Below are positions 47,095 through 55,865 of a stretch of DNA of 55,865 bases, one piece after another. The DNA comes from a virus (taxonomy: Duplodnaviria > Caudoviricetes). The notes beneath the pieces are model-generated. The model made no database searches and was not told the DNA's origin. It saw nothing but the letters and a program-made list of their open reading frames with translations. The DNA lies in IMG/VR virus record IMGVR_UViG_3300024520_000090, positions 1 through 55,865 of that record, one strand, 5' to 3'. The translations under genes and the position numbers were made by a program. The stretch's first letter is position 1, and each line of letters starts with the position of its first letter.

Positions 47095-47580
47095 CTATAC
47101 CAACGCGATACGCGCCTGTCCAATTGCACCGGCGTCGAGGACGCCCATGGTAAAACCACACGCTGGCTGGGTGGCAGTAGCGATAAGAGCCGCTCCACCT
47201 GCGCCACAGAGAAAAGGCTCTCCAGAGGCAATACCAGGACCTGGAACTCCCGTTGCCCCTTCTAAGATAAGACCTACCCCATTCTTGAGGATAAATCCCC
47301 ACGAGCCCTGCGCGATGGCATGTTGTGCCACGCCAATAATCAGGACGGGGTTTTGCGCGAGAGGTGTCGTCTGCACGACGTCGAACCCGGCTAAGGAAAC
47401 GAACTCTCCTATCGCAAGGGGGGCCCCAGCCGCAGGATCTACTCGGACGTAGACCCATTGTTGCTCGCCTGTCCCACCAGTTACACTAGCAGGTACAGTA
47501 TGAATAAATCCGAGAGGTGCTTGTTGATCCGTCGTTACCGTAGTAACGCTGATCCCCATTGCTGTTCCTGGTCCAGACAT
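47095..47580 (-). CDS. Capsid decoration/cement-like protein
   Basis: Immediately follows the MCP; WVYVR and IGVAQHAIAQGSWGFI. Confidence 0.6.
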   Translation of the reverse strand: MSGPGTAMGISVTTVTTDQQAPLGFIHTVPASVTGGTGEQQWVYVRVDPAAGAPLAIGEFVSLAGFDVVQTTPLAQNPVLIIGVAQHAIAQGSWGFILKNGVGLILEGATGVPGPGIASGEPFLCGAGGAALIATATQPACGFTMGVLDAGAIGQARIALV

Positions 47581-47602
47581 GATAAATCTCCTTAAACCTT
47601 AA

Positions 47603-48673
47603 TTAGGGTGTTCCGCCGCCGACAACGACACCGTTGCAACGTAGCTGATTAGTGTTCATACCCATATTCAGGACGATCTCGTAACGGAAAACATCTTGCT
47701 CTGGGATACGGAAAGGACCACGAACGGCGAAGTCGCCTTTCGTCTCTTTCGATGCGTCATGACCCAGTGTGTATGTGTACCAAGAAGCGGACTTCATCAT
47801 GTAGATGACACCGCGACGGGCATTCGGGTCAGTAAAAGCGGCAGCCGTTGTATCAAGGGCATCTTCCAAGAAGAAGTCTGCATCGAGGAACTTGACGCCC
47901 TGGCGAATTTGAGCAGGAGCCTTGTCACCCTCAATCTTAACAACGCGCACTTGGTCGTCCAAGTCCTCGATATAGTTGAGGTAAGAGTTCTCGTCCCCGA
48001 GGAGTAGGTCAACCGGACCCATCGTCTTGCCCTGACGGGAAGCCGCATAGTAGACACGACGCATCTCGCTACGACCGTTAGTCGCAAACGAAGTGATATT
48101 ACCGAACTGGTTTGCCCAGCCAGCGGTACCAGGCTTAGGTAGGTTGAAGACCGTGTTAGTCTGTGCCGCAGGAGCCGCAAACTCAAGTGCTCCGGCTCGG
48201 GCTGTACCGTTCGGGTTATAGGTTGTGTCACCGTTAAGGGTGAGAAAACCGCCTACATCCAAACCATCGCCTACTGCGATCTGACGTGCGATGCGCTCGT
48301 GGAAGTCACCGAGAGCCAACTCGGGGTAATGCTGGATAATCCGAGCAAGGTCCATAGCACCATTCGCTTCCGCGAGGTCTTTACCAGGAACATCGAATGC
48401 ATAAATCAAGCGAGGAGCGAAGGTATTACCTCGCACCGCGTTCTGATTACGCCCACCGGCAATAACCTCTGACCCGGTAAGGATCTGGGTTACGGTACCG
48501 GGACCGTCTGTGACAACCGCGAACTCTCGAAAGGGTCCGGTGAGTACGTCACGATCAATGTTCCCTTTTGTTACGATCTTCTCCAGAATTGGATGCCATC
48601 GAGTAAAAAGTTCGGAATAACCTGGCATTAACTCCTGAAGAGCAGATGCGAGTACGTCAGGGCTAATAGCCAT
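47603..48673 (-). CDS. Major capsid protein
   Basis: 356 aa, strong GGAGG RBS, between scaffold-like and decoration genes; size and composition fit an HK97-type capsid protein. Confidence 0.75.
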   Translation of the reverse strand: MAISPDVLASALQELMPGYSELFTRWHPILEKIVTKGNIDRDVLTGPFREFAVVTDGPGTVTQILTGSEVIAGGRNQNAVRGNTFAPRLIYAFDVPGKDLAEANGAMDLARIIQHYPELALGDFHERIARQIAVGDGLDVGGFLTLNGDTTYNPNGTARAGALEFAAPAAQTNTVFNLPKPGTAGWANQFGNITSFATNGRSEMRRVYYAASRQGKTMGPVDLLLGDENSYLNYIEDLDDQVRVVKIEGDKAPAQIRQGVKFLDADFFLEDALDTTAAAFTDPNARRGVIYMMKSASWYTYTLGHDASKETKGDFAVRGPFRIPEQDVFRYEIVLNMGMNTNQLRCNGVVVGGGTP

Positions 48674-48678
48674 TTGAG

Positions 48679-49563
48679 TTACCTCCTACCACCGGAGTGG
48701 CGTTTGAATGCATTTTGGGCCGCATTAAGCCGCATATCGTCAAGGGTTTTTACTTGGTTCTTATCGCTCTGCTTTAACTGGTGAGGGACAGCCGGGGCTG
48801 AAGTTGCGCCAGAAGTAATCTTTGCTGCGGGTCGTGGCGACGGGACTGGTTTTGACGGAGCAGCTTGTTGAGCTAACTGTATAGCATATTTAGCCGGAAC
48901 GCCATCTTTTAGTGCTTTAGTCGCTGCCGCAATAATCTCGTCGGGTAGCCCTACGAGAGAAGGGACATAGTCAATTTCCCAGCCTTCTTTCAGGAGAGTA
49001 TCCATTTTCTCGACTGCCGCTGGTTCCTGAAACAAATGTCCGTGTGTCCGCTCAAACCAATCCGCGTACCGATTTGCTTCTTCTTCAATGGCTACGTTAA
49101 TCTCCTCTTTAAAGGCGGCATATTCAGTCTGCGCCGTTGTGGAGGACGTGGTTAACTCGTCGAATTTCTTTTGAAGAGACTCATGTTTAGTATTTAATTC
49201 CCCGTAGCGTGGATCGTCATGTCCATCGAGCAGGGCATTGTATATTTCTTTTACACGGTCAGCTTCAGCGGTGCTCTCCGAGACCTTGCTATCCACCCAG
49301 CTTTGGCGTTGGTCGTAGACCTTTTGCGCCCACGGTTGGACCATCTCTGGTAAATTCGAGACCTCTCCAGCCCAATTATCCCAACCGAAATCATCATAAG
49401 AGGGAAAAGTAGGAGTTTCAGGCGCATCCGCCACCTCCGAGGGGGAGGAAGAAGAGGCAGCACCGTCGTCTGCAACAGGAGAATCAGAGATGGAAGAAGC
49501 CTCAGAGGCCGAACTCTCGGCCTCGGCTGCTGCCCCCCCTTCCAAAGTTTCACCGTCCATCAT
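48679..49563 (-). CDS. Capsid scaffolding protein
   Basis: Acidic disordered N-terminus, coiled coil, directly upstream of the MCP. Confidence 0.65.
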   Translation of the reverse strand: MMDGETLEGGAAAEAESSASEASSISDSPVADDGAASSSSPSEVADAPETPTFPSYDDFGWDNWAGEVSNLPEMVQPWAQKVYDQRQSWVDSKVSESTAEADRVKEIYNALLDGHDDPRYGELNTKHESLQKKFDELTTSSTTAQTEYAAFKEEINVAIEEEANRYADWFERTHGHLFQEPAAVEKMDTLLKEGWEIDYVPSLVGLPDEIIAAATKALKDGVPAKYAIQLAQQAAPSKPVPSPRPAAKITSGATSAPAVPHQLKQSDKNQVKTLDDMRLNAAQNAFKRHSGGRR

Positions 49564-49900
49564 GTCCTCCCTTGTGCTTGTCTAAGGCCTTCTTTGAGGC
49601 ATCGACCCGAAGGGCCACAATATCAAGCTTTGGGGGTTTATGTTTAGGCACCATCTCGGGCATCGGTGGAAGCTCGATCTCGACTTCCCCTTCCTCACCC
49701 ATCTCCGGCCCCCTATCTTCGGGCATTTCCATTTCCTCAGCGGCCTCCTCGCAAGGGGACTCGGTGGGAGCCTCGGAGGAGGCTAACTCGAAACCGTGTG
49801 AGGCGAGCATCTGTAAAAGCTCGGCTCCGCTTCCGGCTTCATTGGCGATATAATCAGCCATTTCCTCGGTAGTATACGACTCTTTATCTTCGTAGGGCAT
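49550..49900 (-). CDS. Acidic hypothetical protein
   Basis: GGAG RBS, 116 aa. Confidence 0.6.
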   Translation of the reverse strand: MPYEDKESYTTEEMADYIANEAGSGAELLQMLASHGFELASSEAPTESPCEEAAEEMEMPEDRGPEMGEEGEVEIELPPMPEMVPKHKPPKLDIVALRVDASKKALDKHKGGHDGR

Positions 49901-49942
49901 ACGAGGTCTCCAATATTCATTTACTAAAAAATAAACGCAACG

Positions 49943-50311
49943 TCAAGGTGTTAGGGCATTTTTCATGTGGTCAGCATCTCTGAAGCCCTGACCTTTTGCT
50001 TTCTTATTCAGTTTTTCTCGTGCTTGATCCTTATGTTTTCGCCAAGCCCCACTGGATGCGCTTAAAATCTCAACGTCAGGGTTCTCTTTCTGGTAGGTAC
50101 GCCACTCCCGCTCACTGTGAAAGGTGCGTCCGATCTGTTTTACTTCAAGGGGCTTAGAAAAAGTGGGTCCTATCGTCCTAACTGGGCTAATAACCCTGAC
50201 TACCGGCTTGGAGCACTCCGAGCAAAGCATCTCGTCGGCGTCAGCGAGTAAGGCAAACACATCCTCGAAATAGCCACACCCCGCAGTACATCTGACATCG
50301 TAAATAGGCAC
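49943..50311 (-). CDS. FmdB-family zinc-ribbon protein
   Basis: MPIYDVRC...CG..FE..........CSEC.....RVIS pattern. Confidence 0.8.
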   Translation of the reverse strand: MPIYDVRCTAGCGYFEDVFALLADADEMLCSECSKPVVRVISPVRTIGPTFSKPLEVKQIGRTFHSEREWRTYQKENPDVEILSASSGAWRKHKDQAREKLNKKAKGQGFRDADHMKNALTP

Positions 50312-51042
50312 TAGGGCTGTGCCTCTTCTTCGGCAAGAAGCCGCTTGGCTAGCTCGTATAGCTTCGACAGACCTCCCGATACATCCCCAGACTGCTCCCT
50401 ACCTATAGCGGCTTCTTCGCGCTCGGCCTGTCGTCCAGCTTCTTCCTCTTGTCGAGCAGCATCCTCATCCACCAATGTCTGCTCTGCATCTAGTTCGCTC
50501 TGCTCAGCTAAAGCTTCTTGGGGGAGGCTCTCTTCAAAACCCTCACGTAGTTGCCCAAGGTGCTCTTCGTCAGCGATATAGGTAGGCATTGTGCCCTCTA
50601 ACGATGCCATGGCAGCGTCAGGCTCCTCGATCTCGGGGGTAGGCATCTCGATCTCAGGCGCTGCCTCGGGCATTTCGACTTCAGGTGCAGGTGAGCTAAG
50701 TCGCTCCATTTCTGCTGCATCTTCTGGCGTAGGTTCTGCGGAAGCTTCTGCGCCGAGCAAAGCGTCTTTGATCGCCCCGTGCATCTTACCCTCGGTGAGC
50801 ACCGTACCCACACCAGAGGGACCCCCGATAATTTGAATTGAACCATCGTCATACACCCGGTATGAGTACGGGTCGCCATCAGGGTTCATGTAGTTTGTGC
50901 CTGGGCCCTTCCCGTAATATTGGGCCATCTCGGGGGGCTCGTCCGTAGTAACCGTTTCTTTTTCCTCAACAACCTCTTCTTTCGGTTCGGTCTTAAAGGC
51001 ATTCTCAGCGACACTATCTCTCATTTCTTTTGCGGTAGCCAT
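50311..51042 (-). CDS. Acidic hypothetical protein
   Basis: 243 aa; GDPYSYRV motif resembles GDDDWEYRL in 36735..38834. Confidence 0.6.
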   Translation of the reverse strand: MATAKEMRDSVAENAFKTEPKEEVVEEKETVTTDEPPEMAQYYGKGPGTNYMNPDGDPYSYRVYDDGSIQIIGGPSGVGTVLTEGKMHGAIKDALLGAEASAEPTPEDAAEMERLSSPAPEVEMPEAAPEIEMPTPEIEEPDAAMASLEGTMPTYIADEEHLGQLREGFEESLPQEALAEQSELDAEQTLVDEDAARQEEEAGRQAEREEAAIGREQSGDVSGGLSKLYELAKRLLAEEEAQP

Positions 51043-51057
51043 CGGGACTTCTCCAGC

Positions 51058-52869
51058 CTATTGGTTGCGGGCCATGATCTGTTGTAACATACTTTGTGGT
51101 GACGCGGGTGCCGTAGATCCGGCTCCTCCTGCGGGTAACGGTACCTGCGGGGGCTCCTCAACCCCTGGCGGGAGGCCTCCTGCGACGAGGTTATCCTGCC
51201 CCTGAGGTGCGGGCATCGGCATACCCTCCATCCCGGGCATCGGCATCCCGGGCATCTCTGGTTGTGGTGGGTTGTCCTGCATGATGCCGTTTAGCTCCAG
51301 TAGTTCGAGTAACTTCAAGATCAGTTTTTCTTTATCCACCTGGGGTGATTCAAGTAGCAGGGGCATGTATTGCTGTATCTTTTGGAGTTGGATCAAGGAG
51401 TGGTTCTCTGTTGGAGAATAGGGAACAGCAGAATAGTCGTAGTCCATTGGGCCCTCGTTGGGATCGCGTTCATCCCGGACACGCAGAGCCTCGCGAGTCA
51501 CCTCTAAAATCTCACGGCTACCAGTCAAACGCAAGGGAAGAATTGTATCTTCAGGAAGAAACTCCTCGTAGAGCCCGATTACATTGTTGCCCAGCAGTGT
51601 AACAAGGTCCTCAACCGCCTTGATCCTACGTCCGTTCCGAGTACGAGTGGCCGTATCAGCCAGGGCTACCTCGGTGGCAACATCAGCTACGCCCACTACA
51701 CCGCGACTGTACTGGGGGATACCCAAGATAAACTCAATAACCTGGGTGCAGCGTTCCCGCATCTGGCTAAACGACGGCTGAAACTGGGGTGTCGGGGTTT
51801 GTCCAATGAGATCCCGCAGGGGTGCATCGGCTTTACCCATGACAGCGACCATAGATCCGGGCTCACTTGCATCCCGGAGTGCTGTCGTAATGGTCTCCGG
51901 GTTATCCACGAGCCCTGTATTGACAAGCAGAACCGGGGTAGACGCATGGGCGTGCCATAGCTCTAGCGTATCGATCTCGTTCAGACGCTCTTGTAGCGAG
52001 CTAATTAGCTTAATATCAGACATGCCACCAAGATCCGACATGTTGTCGTTGAACTGGAGCATGGCAAATGGGTTACGGACATAACGATAAGGAAGCTCTC
52101 CCTCGAAGAGGGGCTCCTCGACATTGTCCAGCATATGGTAATACTTGCCTTCGCCCTGGAAGTCGTAGACCTCGTAGACGGTAACCCAGTTGTAGACCTC
52201 AACGCTCGCCTGATTGATGGCATCCTTGTTACGGACACTGTCTTTAAGCCATACGGGATAGCCCCCGAACTGAGCTTTCTCTGCGACCTTCGGTCGATAC
52301 ATGGCGCCTTTTCCGCCCTTGCGCTTTGCTCGTTGCTTGAACTCTTCCTTCGTAAGCACGCTAACTTCGATAAGGTAGCGCAGGTCCTCCCAGCGGGGGG
52401 CTGACATATCGAAGAAGACGAAGCGAGGGTCTATGCTAAAGAACTCGGTCATCTGCTTATTGAAGTTCCAGACGGCTTTCAGGAACCCGCGCCCACATAT
52501 CGAGGTGTGAGTGGCTGTCTTCCACAGTAGCGTATGGGTGTTATTCCGACTAAGCACATCGTTAATCAAGGCTTCCCGGAACTTAGCTACCTCACGTAGC
52601 TCTTCGCGCTTCGCTGCGACTGTGACCTGGGGGTTTGTCGGGCAGACATTTGCGATCATCGTGTCGATGTAGGCATAGGGGTAGTTGGTCTCGAAGTTAA
52701 TCTCCTCCTCACCGAGGATGGGACCCGAGCCCTGGGGCTGCTCGCTAGAAGCACGCCAGTATTCCGCGAGGTACCAGCTACGCCAGCGGTCCCATGAGGT
52801 GCGCTCTGTCCGTGTTTTCGTCTTGTGGGTCTCTATGATCCCACGGATCTGCTTTGGTGTCAGTGCCAT
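51058..52869 (-). CDS. Portal protein
   Basis: 603 aa; ICGRGFLK, IDPRFVFFD, LQERLNEI and ATEV portal-like motifs; M/P/G-rich tail; between terminase and capsid genes. Confidence 0.8.
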   Translation of the reverse strand: MALTPKQIRGIIETHKTKTRTERTSWDRWRSWYLAEYWRASSEQPQGSGPILGEEEINFETNYPYAYIDTMIANVCPTNPQVTVAAKREELREVAKFREALINDVLSRNNTHTLLWKTATHTSICGRGFLKAVWNFNKQMTEFFSIDPRFVFFDMSAPRWEDLRYLIEVSVLTKEEFKQRAKRKGGKGAMYRPKVAEKAQFGGYPVWLKDSVRNKDAINQASVEVYNWVTVYEVYDFQGEGKYYHMLDNVEEPLFEGELPYRYVRNPFAMLQFNDNMSDLGGMSDIKLISSLQERLNEIDTLELWHAHASTPVLLVNTGLVDNPETITTALRDASEPGSMVAVMGKADAPLRDLIGQTPTPQFQPSFSQMRERCTQVIEFILGIPQYSRGVVGVADVATEVALADTATRTRNGRRIKAVEDLVTLLGNNVIGLYEEFLPEDTILPLRLTGSREILEVTREALRVRDERDPNEGPMDYDYSAVPYSPTENHSLIQLQKIQQYMPLLLESPQVDKEKLILKLLELLELNGIMQDNPPQPEMPGMPMPGMEGMPMPAPQGQDNLVAGGLPPGVEEPPQVPLPAGGAGSTAPASPQSMLQQIMARNQ

Positions 52870-55293
52870 CTACTGTTCCTCTTCGCCTTTGCGATCTTGT
52901 AATGCCTTAGCTCCTGCTGCGCCTGCTGCGCCTGCTGCTAATACGGCTGCGAACTTATCATAAGGGAGCATCGCTCTACCTTTAACTGCATCGGTTAACC
53001 AGACAACAGGGAACTCCTCTGAAGTAACCTCGCCTGGAGCCTGGGGGATTTTTATTATAGTCTTCTCTATCGGGACTTTAGAGACACCTTTGGGTGCCGC
53101 TATCTTCGCTGCCACACTGGGGACGATTGTGTCATAGTAATACGCTCCCTCGGGCTTCATCCGACTATATTTCATGGCATCTTTGCCCCGCGTAAACGCA
53201 ACGCCCTGATAGCCTTCTTCTGCTGCTTTACGCATGATCCTCTTTATCGCAAGTCCTGTCCACTCTTTAGTCCCTTTGAACATACCCTCGGGAACAGGGC
53301 CCATGTCCGCCCGCCGAAGTCGATTCCTCACTATGTCGGCCTTCTTGTGGATGGTGGCGTATAGGGCGAGGGCGCGCTGTTCCCGGCGAAGCCGAATCGT
53401 CTTCGCGATGGGGGACACTTCGCGCTGTGCCATGAGGCTCCAACCCTTTGCCTCATTTTTGGCTTGGCGCAGGGCGTCAGCCAGTTTCTTATTCTCCAGC
53501 AATAATTTCGTATGTATAGCCGCGTTCTCTTCGGGGGAATAGCCGCGTAGCCTCCCCTGCTGGTGCCAGTCGGACTGAATCTCATCCACAAACAAAATCC
53601 TACGTCCCTGCTCGTCAACCCTATCTGTATGCCGGAAGTGGACTACCGCGTTCTCTTCGCCCTTTTTGGTCCAGTGTGCTGCCATATAGGGTTCATCTTT
53701 TAGTGCTTTAGTCTCAAGATGAAGAGTTGTCTCTCCATAGTTCTCTCCCCCTGGGGCATGTGCTCCCATGTGTTCCCACTTTGTTGGTCTGTTGAGGGTG
53801 CTCTTTGCCTCTTTGAGGCGCTTATTGGCGTCTACATACTTTTGCCAAGCGGGTGCGCCCCTAATCTCGTCTAAAATCTTACTGTGCGCTAAGAGCTTCG
53901 CCTTATACGCGGGCCAATCCGCATAATACCCAAGTACTTGGTCTGCATCTTTTAGGTCATCAACAATCGCAGCAGTATCGAGCCCTTTCTCCGGGATAAG
54001 TGTGGTACGGTCAACCGTATTCTGTGCCGCTTCTCGATACTTCCTAAGGCCTTCTAGGGCCTTATCCACGTAGCCCGTTACCTGAATCACGTCCTGTTCG
54101 AGCACATCCTGTCCCGGCCAGAGAGTTTTGGCGGGATCCGGGTGCCTGAGACCGCTCTCGAAGCGGCCACGGCTACGACCCACCATAGCGGTCAGTTCAT
54201 CGCCTGCTTCCGCTAATTCGCGGGAACCGCTCGGGTAGCCTCCGTAGGCTTTGTCTAGCCTATTTAACGCCTCAAGGGCCGGGCGCTTCCTCGTGTCGCT
54301 TTCTATCAAATCTAGGGTAGGGTGTTGCATCTCAGGGTACCACTTCTCCCAGCCTTCCGGCCAGATTCGGGCCAGTTTCTCAGGGGATTCCTTAATCTGA
54401 TTCCAATCGAGGTTTTCGGCCGTGTACCCAGGGCCGCCTCGGCCGGCATACTTTAAAGATCCGGTTGGGACGTCAGGGGTAGGTATGCTCAGTTTGTCGA
54501 GTAGCTCATCGGCGCCCCCGTGCCAGGCATAACCCACCTCATCTGCAAGGGCTTTCACTTCGGGGGTCTCAGGGAGGCGCCCTCTCGCAATCTCGGTAAT
54601 GCCGACAGGAGTCTCCTCGATGTGCTCAAGGATCTCCTCTTTTGAGATGCTCTTCTGCCCACGCTCTTCTGCTGCCTTGACCAAGCTGTCTAGCTGAGTG
54701 GCGTTCATCTCGGCCTTTCTTACTCCCCGCTTCGTCAGTTCATCCCTTAAGCCTTGGGTGGCTATTTTCTGCCCTGGTTTCAGCGAAGCCACCGCTTCTG
54801 CGAGCTTTGACTTAAGAAGTGGGCCTGTCCCTGTGGGGATGAGGAGACCTAGCCCTGCCATGTCGAGACCCAACATCCCCGTACCAAGGGCGCCTTGGGC
54901 TGCCCCGACGGCTACTTTTTTAGGTGAGCCCTCTTCTACACCCGATACAACATTTTTCCCGCCCTCATAGGCCATCTCCGCACTACCCCAGGGCGAGGCC
55001 TCTTTCAGGAAAGCCCTCTGTGCTGCTGCTCTGCGTGCCGCAGGAACCATCCCGGTAGCCCCCACTTCCTTGAGGCGCCCCTCTTGGGACATAATTGAGT
55101 CACCTTTACGTGGCTCTGGTGGCGCTGCCGCAAGCTCTTGCTCAACCTGCTGTCCGATAGGCCGCTCTGGTAAGGGGACCTTGGCCCCGCTTGCTCGCGC
55201 AGTCATCTTGGCCAGCGTCTCTGGGCTCTCAAACTCTTTCCCAGCCATGGCTCTCATTGCAGCTATCTTACGGGCGTCTGCTATGGATGACAT
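52870..55293 (-). CDS. Large polyvalent-type protein with EIQSD domain
   Basis: HFR..DR...LFVDEIQSDWHQQGR...WTGLAIKRIMRKAAEEGYQGVAFT...YYD, a motif set I recall from phage internal/polyvalent proteins. Confidence 0.6.
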   Translation of the reverse strand: MSSIADARKIAAMRAMAGKEFESPETLAKMTARASGAKVPLPERPIGQQVEQELAAAPPEPRKGDSIMSQEGRLKEVGATGMVPAARRAAAQRAFLKEASPWGSAEMAYEGGKNVVSGVEEGSPKKVAVGAAQGALGTGMLGLDMAGLGLLIPTGTGPLLKSKLAEAVASLKPGQKIATQGLRDELTKRGVRKAEMNATQLDSLVKAAEERGQKSISKEEILEHIEETPVGITEIARGRLPETPEVKALADEVGYAWHGGADELLDKLSIPTPDVPTGSLKYAGRGGPGYTAENLDWNQIKESPEKLARIWPEGWEKWYPEMQHPTLDLIESDTRKRPALEALNRLDKAYGGYPSGSRELAEAGDELTAMVGRSRGRFESGLRHPDPAKTLWPGQDVLEQDVIQVTGYVDKALEGLRKYREAAQNTVDRTTLIPEKGLDTAAIVDDLKDADQVLGYYADWPAYKAKLLAHSKILDEIRGAPAWQKYVDANKRLKEAKSTLNRPTKWEHMGAHAPGGENYGETTLHLETKALKDEPYMAAHWTKKGEENAVVHFRHTDRVDEQGRRILFVDEIQSDWHQQGRLRGYSPEENAAIHTKLLLENKKLADALRQAKNEAKGWSLMAQREVSPIAKTIRLRREQRALALYATIHKKADIVRNRLRRADMGPVPEGMFKGTKEWTGLAIKRIMRKAAEEGYQGVAFTRGKDAMKYSRMKPEGAYYYDTIVPSVAAKIAAPKGVSKVPIEKTIIKIPQAPGEVTSEEFPVVWLTDAVKGRAMLPYDKFAAVLAAGAAGAAGAKALQDRKGEEEQ

Positions 55294-55296
55294 TTA

Positions 55297-55847
55297 TTAC
55301 CTCTTTAGGCGTGCCGGTTGGAGGGATTCGATCTGTTCTTCCGTAATAGCTGCGTCATCGTCATCGTCATCGTCTTCAGCAAGGTCTCCCAACAAATCGT
55401 CCACCTCAAGACTTAGTCTGCCCTCCCACGCGCCGCCACTAGCTATGGCATCACGGTAGAGATCCTCGGATAAGATCCCATCCGAGTAGAGCTTTTGGGC
55501 GCGATCCGGGTTGTCCCGAAGGTATGTTACCAGCATGGCTGGTCTAGCGAAATCTTCCGCGACAAGCGGGGAAGGTTTCTCGTTCACCTTTGACTTTGAA
55601 TCTGCCATCAAAGTCAAATGCTCAACCGGGTCTGCCGCCTTGTTTGCCTGTTGGAGGGCCAGGATAGGGGCGTAGAATGCAGCTTGAACTGGCATGGTGC
55701 CCAGGATCCCGAGCGTGTCTACTAAGCTCGCACCACGTTTTATCGCCTGGCCCATATAGCCTAGCGCCACCTTCGAGCGAGAAAAGCCTTGCGCAGAAGC
55801 GTAGGCTCCCTGAGCCAACCGACCGGAGTATTTATTTATCTTCGCCT
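55297..55847 (-). CDS. C-terminal part of the join-spanning hypothetical protein
   Basis: In frame with 1..547 through the 126-bp overlap. Confidence 0.8.
55722..55847. repeat. Terminal direct repeat, copy 2
   Basis: Identical to 1-126, followed by 18 divergent nt. Confidence 0.95.
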
Positions 55848-55865
55848 GGGCCAACCGAGCCTGCC

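Noticed and set aside
547-55293. Stop-codon recoding or a diversity-generating retroelement
   Set aside because: Core genes are intact in the standard code, with TAG, TGA and TAA all used as stops; no reverse transcriptase or template/variable repeat pair seen

Overview
The window is an apparently complete tailed-phage genome of about 55.7 kb. Positions 1-126 repeat at 55722-55847, and one gene reads in frame across that join. Two divergent arms start from a non-coding region at about 6.3-8.1 kb that holds an iteron-like origin candidate. The + arm (8.1-24.4 kb) has many small early genes, including a FliS (flagellin chaperone)-like gene and very acidic proteins. It continues with a DUF932-like protein, an SNF2-like helicase, a Cas4-like nuclease/AAA ATPase/SSB recombination module, a UDG-fused family A DNA polymerase and a Rad50/SMC-like ATPase. 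The - arm starts with an HTH protein, an AEP primase-SF3 helicase and the terminase. After the join come portal, scaffold, major capsid, adaptor/nozzle-like proteins, large ejection-type proteins, decoration and spike proteins, and lysis genes. This organisation is podovirus-like. I saw no integrase, tRNA, CRISPR array or reverse transcriptase. The most notable signals are the phage-encoded FliS homolog, single genes bracketed by duplicated RBS+start sequences, a shared N-terminal MAQTWxP peptide on virion accessory proteins, and several structured intergenic elements. All protein calls come from motif recognition by eye, not database searches.
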